Positions 1 through 11,961 of a DNA stretch of 64,000 bases are shown here, piece after piece. The stretch lies in assembly GCF_004010195.1 (NCBI RefSeq), contig NC_057728.1, forward strand, positions 47,083,058 through 47,147,057, given 5' to 3'. The DNA is from Chiloscyllium plagiosum. Lineage: Eukaryota. The notes below the pieces were generated by a model that did not search any database, was not told where the DNA came from, and saw nothing but the letters and a program-made list of their open reading frames with translations. Within the stretch, counting starts at the first letter, position 1, and every line of letters starts with the position of its first letter. The position numbers and the translations under genes were made by a program.

Positions 1-2
1 AC

Positions 3-458
3 CCACCCTCCCATCCTGGCGCTTTCCCCTGCCACCGCAGGAACTGTAAAACCTGCGCCCACATCACCTCCCTCTCCTCTATCCATGGCCCCATTGGAGC
101 TTTCCACATCCATCAAAGTTTTACCTGCACATCCACTAATATCATCTATTGTATCCGTTGCTCCCGATGCGGTCTCCTCTACATTGGGGGGACTGGGCGC
201 CTCCTAGCAGAGCGCTTTAGGGAACATCTCCGAGACACCCGCACCAATCAACCAAATCGCCCCGTGGCTCAACATTTCAACTCCCCCTCCCACTCTGCCG
301 AGGATATGGAGGTGCTGGGCCTCCTCCACCGCTGCTCCCTCACCACCAGATGCCTGGAGGAAGAACGCCTCATCTTCTGCCTCGGAACACTTCAACCCCA
401 GGGCATCAATGTGGATTTTAACAGTTTCCTCATTTCCCCTTCCCCCACCTCATCCTAG
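3..458 (+). CDS. Partial (5'-open) PLE ORF C-terminus, GIY-YIG endonuclease
   Basis: Stop-free from base 3 to the TAG ending at 458, in the same frame as listed ORF 264..458. Contains the IIY...YIG motif and the RFREH helix. YIGGT replaces the usual YIGET. Confidence 0.8.
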   Translation, partial: PPSHPGAFPCHRRNCKTCAHITSLSSIHGPIGAFHIHQSFTCTSTNIIYCIRCSRCGLLYIGGTGRLLAERFREHLRDTRTNQPNRPVAQHFNSPSHSAEDMEVLGLLHRCSLTTRCLEEERLIFCLGTLQPQGINVDFNSFLISPSPTSS

Positions 459-663
459 CTTCTAACCTCCAGCAACTCGATCCCTGACCTGTCCGGACTT
501 GTCCGACCTGCCCAGCTTCTTTTCCACCTATCCACTCCACCCTCTCCTCCCTGACCTATCACCTTCATCTCCTTCCCCACTGACCTATTGTACTCTATGC
601 TACTCTATCCCCACTCCCACCCTCCTCTAGCTTATCTCTCCACGCTTCAGGCTCTCTGCCTTT

Positions 664-699
664 ATTCCTGATGAAGGGCTTTTGCCCGAAACGTCGATT
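664..699 (+). ncRNA. Minimal type-I hammerhead ribozyme motif
   Basis: attc CTGATGA a gggc tttt gccc GAAA cGTC gatt. Canonical core, 4-bp stem II, palindromic ACGT in place of stem III, GUC triplet. Confidence 0.85.
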
Positions 700-760
700 T
701 TGCCTGTCCTCGGATGCTGCCTGAATTGCTGTGCTCTTCCAGCACCACTGATCCAGAAAT

Positions 761-882
761 ATGATTAGGAAGGGTTTAGAGGGATATGGCCAAATGCTAG
801 CAAATAGGACGAGACTTATATCGGATATCTGGTCAGCATGGATGAGTTGGACTGAAGGTTCTGTTTCTATGCTGTATATTTC
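761..882 (+). mobile_element. CR1/HER1 LINE 3' tail fragment
   Basis: aggaagggtttagagggatatgg...gactgaaggttctgtttctatgctgta matches the other CR1 tails in the window. Confidence 0.75.
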
Positions 883-884
883 TA

Positions 885-1262
885 AGATAGGGGATCTTAA
901 CTTTTCAAACATCGAGTGGGACTACCATCGTGTTAACGGCTTGAACGTAGAGGAATTTGTTAAATGTGTACAAGAAAATTTTCTCAGGCAGTTTATGGAT
1001 GTACTTACTACAGAAGGTGCAAAACTTGACCTACTCTTAGGAAAATGACAGGATAGGTGACAAAGGTGTCACTGGGGTAAGCACTTTGGGGCCAGAAACC
1101 ATAATTCTATTAGTTTTAAAATAGTGATGGAAAAGGATAGACTGGACCTAAAAGTTAATGTTCTAAATTGGAGGAAGGCCATTTTCGACAATATTAGGCA
1201 AGAACTTTTAAAAATTGAGATAACGAGAGTCCAGAGTCAGTATGTTCCTGATTGGGTGAAGG
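885..1262 (+). mobile_element. CR1 LINE endonuclease-region fragment (decayed)
   Basis: GDLNFSNIEWD...EEFVKCVQENFLRQF...EGAKLDLLLG and LNWRKAIFDNIRQEL. Confidence 0.8.
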
Positions 1263-2293
1263 GCTTTGATGTGTTCAGTTTGCTCAGCACAGTTCACCTG
1301 AAACCAGCCATACCAGCAAAAGAAAATGAAGACGTTTCATCTACAAATTAGGTCCAGCACAACTTGAGGTTGCATTAGTTTTAACAACAGCTGCTTCTGC
1401 TGAAAAACCTGGCCATGTTGTCAGATCAGGTTTCTAGTCTTTGGACCCAATTAAAGCACAGCCTCTTGACTTTGGCACAAAAGCACCACTTGTCATGGTT
1501 AATTTTTTTTTCAATTTACTAGCCAACTGTGACTGCTGTGCATCTAATGCAACTAGTAAATGGTTCTGTATAAGTTATTTTCCATTGTTTAAAATTGGAA
1601 TACTCACGGCTGGTAATGTAGACATTGTTTAAAATTATCTATTTTATAAATTAACCAATTAAACTAATGTTCTGGCAGTCCACTCTAAAATATATCAATG
1701 CATTTTTAAAATTGTGTGTTGACTCATGGAAGATTTACCTTCTTTGATATCTTTTCAATTGACAAAGTCAGTCAATGTTTGAGGTTCACAAACAGAATTT
1801 TGTCCAAATATATTTGCAAAGAAACATTGGAAAATTAGCAGCAATTTTAAGCTTAACTGGAGTCCAAATCACTCTGTTCAAAGTCAAAATGTGATTACTA
1901 ATGCTTCAAACTGTCTAATATATATTGTCCAATATTTTGTGCATTCTTATATTTTTTCATAATTTGATATCCACTGCCCCTTTTATATCTGTTCCTTATG
2001 ATGTTCTAAATAACATTCAGTGTTGACAAACTCATTTGAACATCACTCATTGCTAATTGCAAATGGGCCAACCCTTTTTCATACAATTACTGACACTTGA
2101 ATACACTTGGATGGGAGCAGATGGGGGAGTTACTTTCTTTCAGGCAGCAGTGAGTGCGCTATTTCTTGGGGTGTTCTTGTACACCACAAAGGTTTGCTTA
2201 CTGATCAGTAATCCAATAGCCGGGGATTGGGTACTAAGCAATCCTTGATATTAATTGAAAATGTTTGGCCCTGGAACATAGAAATCATCAAGA

Positions 2294-2390
2294 AGGTAAT
2301 GGCATAGTGGCAACATCACTGAGCTAATTATCCAAAATGCCAGGCTAATGTTCAGGGAAAATGGGCCCAAATTCTACCACTCCCTGGCAG
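2294..2390 (+). mobile_element. 5' fragment of tRNA-derived SINE (same family as 6761-7105)
   Basis: aggtaatggcatagtgg...ggctaatgttc...aattctaccac resembles the head of the 6761 copy. Confidence 0.45.
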
Positions 2391-3249
2391 TCTGTCCATT
2401 AAAAGTCAAGGGGGTTATCCAGGATCACTGCTGTACTTGGAAAGCTGGGAACTCAATTGTGAGGTTTGAAGGCAGCAATGCTTGGATGCAGAGGGGTTTG
2501 TGAAAGGGGCAGCTCAGTGTATACCCGGGTGAGACAAAACAGAGGGAATAGAATAATATGGAAGGGGGTGTGGCATGGATGGTTATTGGCATCTAGTACC
2601 ACCCTGCCTTACTAGGCCTGGCACAATGACATGGAATGCCTGGGGCTTAGAGGTAAAGTGGGATGATGAAATAAATAAACAGGCTGAGGATGCAGGGAAG
2701 ATCAAAGCTGATGATATTTAATTGGGAGGTCAACCAATTAGAGAATTTGAAGGATTGGGTGGGTCACCTAGACTGAGAGCTGAGTCAATGACTTACTCCA
2801 TGAAGCAAGACCACTGTTTGCTTTCATTCCTATCTAAAGAGCAAGTCACAATGGAGAGCAAAATGGCTGCCACCAAACCCAGAATGGATGGAGTAAATTC
2901 TGTGAGGGAGGGGTCCATCTTCATGTGGTGTGAGGTCCTTTAAAGGGCAATAGTATTAAAAAGACGGCCACGCAATACGCCTGTTTAAAATACAAAATCC
3001 TGTTTGTGAACCTTAAACATTGACTTAGTGTGTCAATTGAAAATCTTGCTACTGAGAACTAAATCCCATTCCTGGTTTGAGGCAAAAGCAATGTTTTACA
3101 GCCGAGAAAAATTCACCATAGGTGCCAAAATAGCAATCATCTTTCAAGACTCCACAGGGATCACACAAGGCTCACTTCACATTTTGGATTGTAATATGTC
3201 CATACTGTTATCTGATAAATGCAATATTGCTTTTTCTTGGGATTAGGAA

Positions 3250-4190
3250 TGTGGCGGGGGGAGGAGAAGAGATGTCTTCATTGTTGTTGCCAGATATTAC
3301 AACTTCCTACTGTATGTTTGCCAAAAGGCTTGAGCAACAGATGTCTAAATCAGATGTCCTTTGTCCACATAGAGGAATCCCATTTCCCACTTTGTCAGGT
3401 CTCTCCATGTCCAAAGTTTGGAGAATGCTGCTCAAATGTTATTTGTGTGTGTTGCAACTGTTAAACAATTACATTTTTGAGGAGTTGCTTTGTTTCTGAT
3501 ATTGCCCATATAGGCTCATTGGAAAGCATTCCTTATGGATCCAGACACAGAAGCTGTGGCCATCCTTCTACCCAACTGAAGACTGCTTCAAAGATAGTTG
3601 AGGAACACATGCAAGCACAAGCACGGAACCAGCTGAGTCCAGCTCCAGGAGGCAACCTTTACTTCAGAGCTTGCACCAATAGGTGCCGTCAAGAAGATAG
3701 AGGGGTGTCACAGTCAATCACCTTCCAGTGAATGGTTTTCCAGAGGAGAAGATCAGAATGTCATGTGATGCTGTTCAGTGTATCTGCAATGTAATACTCC
3801 TTCTACTGAGGCCAATGAGGGTAATAGGATGGACCCTCAATGTCAAGTTTCTATGCAGATCATGTCTGGTACTTCATACCAGACAGAAGAAACCATGTAA
3901 TGCTCAGAATCTCTGCTCTGAACAATTGCAGGATACACCAGAACCAAGAGATGGATCATAGGGATCTATGGAGCCACCACATTGCAATGCTGAAGACCAT
4001 GTTCAGATGGATCAGCACCTCAGCCTCCTCCAGTGCAGCAGCATGAGCAAATCAAAACAAACAGGCCTTCATGAATCTCCTTCAATGGAACTCTGTTGCA
4101 CTGACTGCAAATGTTTTGTTGCTGCTGATACCAGCATCCAGCGAATCCTAACCCCAACCCATATAATCCCAACTGTAAATGGAGTTTAAC
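3250..4190 (+). mobile_element. Highly decayed Harbinger/PIF (HARBI1-like DDE) transposase fossil
   Basis: Pieces GWTLNVKFLC (compare GFHSLNVQLVC) and IAMLKTMFRWIS (compare IGLLKMRFRCLD) occur in the expected order. Multiple frameshifts. Confidence 0.4.
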
Positions 4191-5309
4191 ACTTTGATCT
4201 TTCTGACGTTCAAACTGATTCAGAAAAGTTAAGGTTACAAATGGATAGAAACCTTCACAATATCCAATATTCCCTCACTCAATCCTGACAAAAGTTTCAT
4301 GCTAGTATGGGTGCTATGGAAATGTTCACTATAAATTCAAAAATGGTTAGTACGCCATGCGAGTGTGAAGGATGTCAATAAAAAATACAACAGACATCAC
4401 TTAAACCTTTCAAGGTTTTTCATAGATCACCCCGCTGATGTTTTAATGATGATAACCAGAAAAGACCCCTATGGAAGTGCAACCATTTAATCACAAAGCA
4501 ACTTAGTGCCCATGCAATTGTGGCCTGATCTTATTACTGCTCTCAGTGTCACAGTGAACTTTTGACCAATTGCACAAATCTCTGCTTCCTGCTCGATTGC
4601 TAACCTAGCACCATTCCTGGGAAATGCAACATTAAAGTCATTCGTCATTACTTCCTGACAAGTGCACAACTGAACAACAGTCATTTGCGAGGAACAGATG
4701 TCTCCTACATGTTGCTTTGCATAATAGTTTATCAATTTATAAAGATATAATTCATTCAGGACATCTTTTGTCCAGCTCATATAATCAAGCACTGATACAC
4801 ATGAGAAAAAATGTAAAATCAAAATCTCTGATTTTTGCAATTAGAAAAACCAACGTTAATTTAACCCAAAGCCATATTGGAAAAAGATGCACAGCACATT
4901 TAAACAAGGCATAATGCAAATCCTCTAATTTTTGATGCCTCAAAGTATTTGATTTGCATAATAATTGGCTGATGTTGCTCTATGAGCTTGCTTAATTTCT
5001 CTATAAATTTAAACTTCCATTGTAATATCTCTAAAATGAGCTGTGATTTTCCACTATCATCACAGGTGGAGGAGACAAGTACCACACCACTGCTACATAA
5101 ATCCCAAACACCATCTGCTGGGGTTCTGAAGCATTGCAAAACGTACTGTAACAGTTTTTAAAAATCCGATGTGGAGATCATCAAGTTGATTGTGACTGCT
5201 GAACAAAAATAGGCTATTTGGCCCAACTAGTCTCTCCCACAGCTTTGATTCCTTATAAGCCTCCACTTCATTGAACTTTACCTTTATTTTAGTCTTACAT
5301 AGTCACTGA

Positions 5310-5645
5310 TAAGGCTGGCAATTGTTGCCATTTGCTAATTGCTTCACTAGGCCATTTCACAGGGCTGTTATGATGAAGCACGTTACTATAAGTTTGGAAA
5401 CACATGTAACCAGGTAAAGGTGGCAGTTTTCCTTCCCTACAGGCATTAGTGAACCAAAGAAGTTTTCATGACAACCACCAAGGTTACATGGTCACAATTA
5501 GGGTTAACTCCTAATTCTATGCTTTTCCTTTTCTTATTCAATTCTAGTTTCACTATCTGCCATAAAGGGATTCAAGCTCACGTTCTCAGTATCTCACCTG
5601 GAGTTCTGGATTAGTCAAATGACATTCTCACTAAGTCACTGCCAT
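5310..5645 (-). mobile_element. tRNA-derived SINE (family of 6761-7105), decayed
   Basis: Reverse complement of cattagtgaacc, ggcagttttccttcccta and ctatctgccat...ggattcaag matches the 6761 copy. Confidence 0.6.
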
Positions 5646-5849
5646 AATCTCTTGTGCCTTTCTCCCTCATATACTTACCTAGTTTTCTCTTAAATAGATT
5701 AGGCTGTTCGGGTATTGGCCTTTACACAACAGAAATTGTACTTTTGAGAAATGTAGCTCATCATTCACAGGTTCAGCAAAAACTGGGGAGCTGAAAGTCT
5801 AGGACTGGAGAGTAATTTTCGCATATCATGTTTATTGGCTGGACTAGAA

Positions 5850-6060
5850 TTTAGGACAGAACTTGGATTTATTTTCTCTGAGATTTGGGAATCTGTGAAA
5901 TTCTTTACCTTAGAAGGCTGTTGAGGCTGGATTGTTAAGCATATTCAAGCCAGGCATAGACAGATTTCAAAATATTGAAGGGAATCATGAGTTATGGGAA
6001 ATAGACAGAAAGTGGAGTTGAGGATTCAGATCAGACATGATGGGTCTTATGCTCTTACAT
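5850..6060 (+). mobile_element. CR1 LINE 3' fragment
   Basis: ttctctgaga...aatctgtgaaattctttacct..gaaggctgttgaggct...atattcaag...aagtggagttgagg. Confidence 0.65.
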
Positions 6061-6760
6061 CTTCTGGTGAGAAGATACTCTGTTCCTTTCTGGCCCTGTT
6101 AGGAATGTTGGCATTTTTTGAAAGGAGTGAGAGAAGAGAATGGGATCTTTAATACACCCACCCACTAACAGCCCAATATAATTATGACAAATATATAATA
6201 CACTGCAAAACCTCAATCGCATCTATATTCATGAACATTGGGTGTCTGAGGGACTTTGACAGGCCAAGTTTGCAGTTCAGTGGCAGGTGATCAGTTTTCA
6301 TTTAAAGCATTGTGGCCTTTTCTCCTCCTATACTTTCCTTGGATATCCAAATTGTATAGTCAATTTAAATCACATGACCATAGAATGTCCAATGGGCTCA
6401 GTACTTGGGTTAAGAGATGCAGTAAGGGCCCAGTCAGTGTGAGGGAGATATATGTGGTGATATGATGATTGGAGAAGGAGGCAGTTTACGTAAAGTTTAT
6501 CAAGAATTGAAGCGTGTTGAGTAGAGTTCAGTGAAAGGCAGGTGGTGCTTTTCAGTTTTACTCTTTTTCAGCTTCCAGCATTTGATTTCCCATTTTGTAC
6601 AGCAGACGGAGGGAGGTAAACCAGTAACTGGTATTGTTAGAAACTACGTTTTATGAGCCTTGTAAAATTTGTAGCACTGCTAAAATATATTGGGGAATGT
6701 AGGCTGTATTAATTATAAATTAATGAATTGACAATTATTAACTGACACTTATAAGCAATT

Positions 6761-7105
6761 GGGAGGCAATGGCTTAGTGATATTATAGCTAGATTATTAA
6801 TCCAGAAACTCAGCTAATGTTCTGAGTATCTGGTTTCAAATGCCACCATGGCAGATTTCAATAAAGAAGCTGGAATTAAGGGTCTAATGGTGACCATTAA
6901 ACCATTGTTGATTTTCAGAAAAAAGTTCATCTGGTTCACTCATGTCCTTTAGGGAATGAAATCTGTCATCCTTACCTGGTCTGACCTACATGTGATTCCA
7001 GACTCATAGCAATGTGTTTGACTCTTAGCTGCCCTCTGGGCAATTAGGAATGGGCAATAAATGCTGGCCTGGCCAGAGATGCCCATATCCCTTCAGTGAA
7101 TTCCA
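6761..7105 (+). mobile_element. tRNA-derived SINE whose 3' tail is shared with the second CR1/L2-type LINE family
   Basis: A-box-like tggcttagtga and B-box-like ggtttcaaatgcc. The tail caattaggaatgggcaataaatgctggcc...gcccatatcc also ends the LINE copies at about 13600-13660 and 23310-23365. Confidence 0.7.
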
Positions 7106-7109
7106 AGAA

Positions 7110-7460
7110 GATAAGATTAGACAGCTGATGTGCTGTCATTGCAGGGTGTTGAGGCTTCTGATTGCTAGTGTAATGTCGGACAAGTATTTCTGCAGGAAGT
7201 GTTGCAACTGCATGAGTTTTGCCTCAGACTTACTGAGCTGGAGGTCAAGCTGTGGCTCACCAGGGAGGGGGAGAGTTATCTGGACAATCATACCCATTAG
7301 ATAGAGTCTTCTGATCTGGTCAGTGATCAGGGACAGGACAGTGTGAATGCAACTGAAACAGGTCAGGGGAAGCAAAGGACAGGAGGACAGGAGCCTCAGC
7401 TTTTGCAGTTGTCAGACTGGTTTAAGGATTTTCAGCTTACTTGGATGAGAGAAGAATGAA
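7110..7460 (+). mobile_element. CR1 ORF1 N-terminal (zinc finger/leucine zipper) fragment
   Basis: LMCCHCRV...YFCRKC followed by an LRLTELE-like heptad stretch. Frameshifted. Confidence 0.55.
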
Positions 7461-7605
7461 TAATATAGCACTCACTGATCAACATGCCGTTGACATATGG
7501 CTAGCAAAGGAATAGTAGAGCTGTTGCTCTAACACTGCAATGTGTCATCTTCAAAACCTTTATTCGTGGCGTTCTTTAAATCGAAAGCAATTTGGAAATT
7601 TTACA

Positions 7606-7772
7606 TAATAAAAGCAGAAGATGGTTAAAAGAAACTCAGCAGATCTGGCAGTATCTGTGGAGGGGGGAAATAGAATTAATGCATCCAATCCAGTATGAAT
7701 TTTCTTTCCTTCTGTCCCTGCTGAGTCCCTCAGTATCTGCAAAATTTCCAGTATCTGCAGTGTTTTACTTTT
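7606..7772. mobile_element. Old fold-back PLE pLTR micro-insertion
   Basis: aactcagcagatctggcagtatctgtggag...ctgctgagt...ttccagtatctgcagtgttttactttt. Imperfect flanking direct repeat atttggaaattttaca (7590-7605) / atttggagattttgca (7773-7788). Confidence 0.6.
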
Positions 7773-8689
7773 ATTTGGAGATTTTGCACATATTATAAAT
7801 AAGACCCGATAGGACATTTTATATGAATGTTCTATTCACAACATCTTTCTTTGCCTGTAATACCATAAATTGAGGAGCTTGACTACATGATCAGGTCCAT
7901 TGTGTATATTATAAAAACTAGCTCTATATTACTTCACCTTATCTTACAAGACAGCAAGCTTCTACTCAAAGAGTGGCTTTCATTTATAGTTTGATAGCCA
8001 GTATCCATATGGACTTTACTCTTTTCTCAGTTTCAGGTTTACATTTTATGCCAACATGATCAGAATATTCATTACCCAAAGATTAGATTCAGGAATAAAT
8101 TGAGTTTGCATTCATAATTAATGTGTGCACTATATAACCATTGCTCTGCCCTCAAATGGTTTGCATTCATTTTTCCATAGAAACATGCTTGTATAGAAAT
8201 AAATATCTGTTTAAGGCAAATCGACTACAGTGTTAATTTTCACAAAGTTATATTTTATGAAACAGCTGTTCCAAAGCCCAGAATATGTGACATCTCTTAT
8301 TATCAGAGTTTTTTGTCTTTGCATTGGCAGGAGTTTAAAATTATTCCAATTTTAGGTTTAACAGCCTGTGGGCCTAATCAATTATTAAATTAAATATTGG
8401 TGAAGTCTGCAGATGAAAAACATCAGCTTACAATATGTGGAATCCTCAAAGGAAACAATTTTAATATTCCTTAGTTGCCCACCAGGCCTCAGAGTTCCTG
8501 CCTCAGGGTTGGTGCAGGTTCATCCCAGGCAGAGACTGGCATCAGAAAAAGGAGCCATTCATGCTGTGGATAAGTTTGGATGATTAGAGATGACATTTTC
8601 AACTTGAATTTGCTGATAATTCTAATGAAGCACTTTTGAATTAAATGTGTCCTCTTCTTTGAGTGTTGTAAGAGTGGCACTCATCTAGA

Positions 8690-8960
8690 CAAGTGGAGAG
8701 TACTGCACCCTCACTCTTCACTTGTGCCTGTAGATAGTGGGCAGGCTTTGTGGAGTAAGGACATGGGATACTCACTGCAGGATTCCAAGCCTCTGACGGG
8801 CTCTTGTAGCCACAATATTTATATGACTGGTCCAGTTTAGTTTCTGGTCAACAGCCCATGACATTGATAGTGGAGCATTCAGCAGCAGTAATGCCATTGA
8901 TTATCAACACATGATGGTTAGATTCTCTCTTTTTGAAGATGTCCATTATTAACATCCATT
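8690..8960 (-). mobile_element. CR1/L2-type LINE (family B) fragment
   Basis: Antisense match to family B copies: ttgtagccacaatatttatatgactggtccagtt...gtaatgccattga...ggttagattctctc. Confidence 0.65.
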
Positions 8961-9014
8961 TCCCCATGAAATCACAAATGGTATAATGTATACCTGTTTA
9001 CTTCTTGCCTCTTT

Positions 9015-9130
9015 ACTACTCAAGGGCCCAGACATACTGCACTTCACTCGATCTAGTCTACTCTATTCGCTGCTCACAATGTGGTCTCCTCCACATTGTC
9101 TCCTCACATACCTCTTGCCCCTCATTAGCC
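9015..9130 (+). mobile_element. Decayed PLE GIY-YIG fragment
   Basis: tgcacttcactcgatctagtctactctattcgctgctcacaatgtggtctcctccacattg translates to CTSLDLVYSIRCSQCGLLHI, similar to 125-187. Confidence 0.6.
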
Positions 9131-10008
9131 CCTCTCCCCTTTTCCGCCATGACCCCATGAATCCTCCATATCTGCTACCCAATATTCACTATGGACACAC
9201 TCCAGGGATCATGTAATTGCAACAGAAAGTCTTTGAATTGATGTAACAAAATTAAACCTCTAACAGAGTCGTTAATCAAACACATATCATTCAATCTGCA
9301 AATAAAAACATCTAGACCCATTGAAAAAATGTTGCCTCCTCAAGGAGGCATTAAGTTATAAAGATGAGTGAACAGCGATACTGAAACCAAACGAAAAACA
9401 AATAATCCTTTAATAGCCTCTGAAAACTATGAATAAAACTCAATGAACAGCCACCTGCTGAATTAAGTGTTTTAACTATTTCAATCAGAGAATACAGAGG
9501 ATTCCAATGAAATTTAGTAAATAATTACTCAGGAAATGTTAGATTATTAAGGTATAGTCTAACTCCTGAATAGATATTGAACTGAGTCAATACTTAGCTC
9601 ACACATGCCCAACTACACATCCCCCAAACCATGTAGACCCTCCCATATTCTAACACTGCACCCCATCCCATTCCCTGATTCTGGACCCAAACTGCCTCCC
9701 CAATATTTCTCCCACCCCACAGCCTGGGACCTGATCCTCTGTTCACCCACCATGAACCCAAACTACTCCCCACCACTCCAGGACCTGATCCCTATTCCCC
9801 ACTCTGGACCCAACCTGAGTCAACCAGCACCCTCTCCCCAAGACCCAAACCCCCATTCCTCAAACCAGATTGGACAACTCCCCACCACTCTCCCACCCTT
9901 CCCCATCCCCCCTCCATCGGACAGATTCCTCTGACGCACCCCAACGTACACTAAACATTGCACCACATACCTGGCCCCTTTACCACCTTGTGACTTGGCA
10001 CTTAAAGC

Positions 10009-10238
10009 CCCAGCCCACTACTCTCTTGGCAACATACTGGTTTGGCATCTTACCCATTTGGCACCCTGACCTTGGCACTCTTCACACTTGGCTTCCTACC
10101 TAGCAGGCACACTACCCCTACCTCCCAGCCCACTATGCTCTTGGCAACATACCGGTTTGGCATCTTACCCATTTGGCACCCTGACCTTGGCACTCTTCAC
10201 ACTTGGCTTCCTACCTAGCAGGCACACTACCCCTACCT
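10009..10238 (+). repeat. Tandem duplication, 2 x 115 bp
   Basis: 10009-10123 and 10124-10238 are near-identical, with about 3 mismatches. Confidence 0.9.
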
Positions 10239-10542
10239 ACTTGGCACCATGTCCCAAATGGCATCCTACCTGTCTTATACCCATTCTCCTGGCATCATAA
10301 CCTCACACAGACCTTATGTATGCAGTGTTGGAAAGCAGTTGTTAAAGTGACTGTATGCTTTTGGGCCTTTAAATGTGAGAATTGAGTGACTGACTGTGAA
10401 GAAAGGGCTATGGGCTTGCATTACAAGATAACCATCAAAATGGATGTATAGCTGTGCATTCCAAAGGGTCCCTAAATCAGAACCTCCTGGCAGGAATGTG
10501 GAGCTCTGTTTTTTCATAAAAAAAGGAAGGGGTTAAATGGCA

Positions 10543-10871
10543 ATAGAATCATAGTGTGGAAACATGCCCTTCAGCCCAGCAAGTCCACACCAACCCTCTG
10601 AAGAATGTCCCATCCTATTATTCTACAATTATCCCTGACTAATGCACCTAACCTACATATCCCTGAACACTATGGGCAATTTAGCTTAACCAATTCACCT
10701 AACCTGCATATCTTTGGATTGTAGGAGGAAACCAGAGCGCCTGGGAGAAACCCACACAGATACAGGGCAAATGTGCAAACTCCATACCAACAGTCACCGC
10801 AGGTTGGAATTGAAGCTGGGTCCCTGGCACTGTGAGACAACGGTGCTAACCACTGAGCCACTGTGTTGCCC
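10543..10871 (-). mobile_element. HE1-like V-SINE
   Basis: On the reverse strand: tRNA head gggcaacacagtggctcagtggttagcac...gcttcaattcc, V-domain tggagtttgcac..tgggtttctc, CR1-like tail. Confidence 0.85.
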
Positions 10872-11713
10872 TGCATGAGCCAATCTGCATGAGTTTGCCA
10901 CTCCATGGAAACTCCATCCAAGACATGTTCCCGAGGCCTACAGAATGCAGGGATGGGATCAGCTGAGTTGTTTGTAGTGCCCTGAAGTGACTGGAATTTT
11001 CTGCTCCAAAGTGAGCGATCTGATACATCAAAAGGTCAATTTTCACCCCATACAGGAAACAATAAACTTTGACGTCTCAAAATTCTAGAACCTTTAACAT
11101 GTTTCTATGGAACTCACAACCCATAGCTGGTAAGAGTTTTACTAAGACGTACGGAAATGAGTTGGGCAGGATTCCAAGGGTACCCACCTTCAAATCCACA
11201 CGATAGAGAGCAAGGAAACATAATCCCCTCTTGACATTTGGACAGTGAGGTCGGACGTTGAATCATGGCCTTTCCATTGGAAGCTGGTACTCATTGAACA
11301 AACTGGGGAAGAAATTACAGCCCAATTAGGTTCTACCCAAATTGTGAACGCCCCTAATCTGATCCATTCACTCTCTGGTCTCAGACCTGGGCCAGCCTTT
11401 TGGTGTTGGTGATTTTAAAGCCTCTGAATCGCTCCAGTTTTTTTTATATTTGGTAGTTTTATTGAAGTAAACCCTGAAATGTTTCAATTGAGAGGAAAAA
11501 AAAATCAAACCTGTTGGGAATAACACTTTGTCCTTCTCTAATGAGTGACTATCATGTGGAACAGATCATCCATCCGTTTTCAAGTCCATCTGACTTTCAT
11601 TCCACTGATTTCATGTGCAGAGGACATACATTTGATCGTTCTTCTGAACACTGTCGGAGTATCCCACATCAACGATCACCTCATACAGACTAAGGCAGCT
11701 TTAAATATATGCT

Positions 11714-11961
11714 CACAAAAACAGAAATTGCTGGAAAAGCTCAGCATGTCTGGCAGCATTTGTGCAGTGAAATCAGAGTTAACGTTTCAGGTCCGGTAAC
11801 CCTTCCTCAGAACTGGTTCTGACTTTTGAGGAAGGGTCACCGGATCCAAAACATTAACTCTGATTTCTCTCCACAGATACTGCCAGACCTGCTGAGCTTT
11901 TCCAGCAATTTCTGTTCTTGTTTCTGATTGACAGCATCTCCAGATTTTTTTTTGTTTTTTA
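11714..11961. mobile_element. Fold-back PLE pLTR insertion with two head-to-head hammerhead motifs
   Basis: About 100-bp imperfect inverted arms (11717-11814 / 11822-11918). TSD tttaaata(t/c)atgct at 11700-11713 and 11962-11975. Confidence 0.85.
11777..11814 (-). ncRNA. Minimal hammerhead motif (GUU triplet)
   Basis: Reverse complement: agtt CTGAGGA a gggt taccgg acct GAAA cGTT aact. The mirror copy at 11822-11859 is degenerate (TTGAGGA...AAAAcatt). Confidence 0.7.

Larger units (their letters stand above)
1..760 (+). mobile_element. Penelope-like retroelement (Neptune-type) 3' end: GIY-YIG endonuclease region, pyrimidine-rich 3' UTR and pLTR with hammerhead
   Basis: Frame 3 reads PGAFPCHRRNCKTC..FTCTSTNIIYCIRCSRCGLLYIGGTGRLLAERFREH..HF..GIN. 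This is a Cys-rich linker followed by GIY-YIG. It is followed by a C/T-rich UTR, a hammerhead at 664-699 and the pLTR motif ggatgctgcctgaattgctgtgctcttccagcacc. Confidence 0.9.

Noticed and set aside
3555..3605. Minus-strand peptide TIFEAVFSWVEG resembling a Kelch BACK motif
   Set aside because: Short, followed closely by a stop, and within a probable plus-strand Harbinger fossil. Likely chance.
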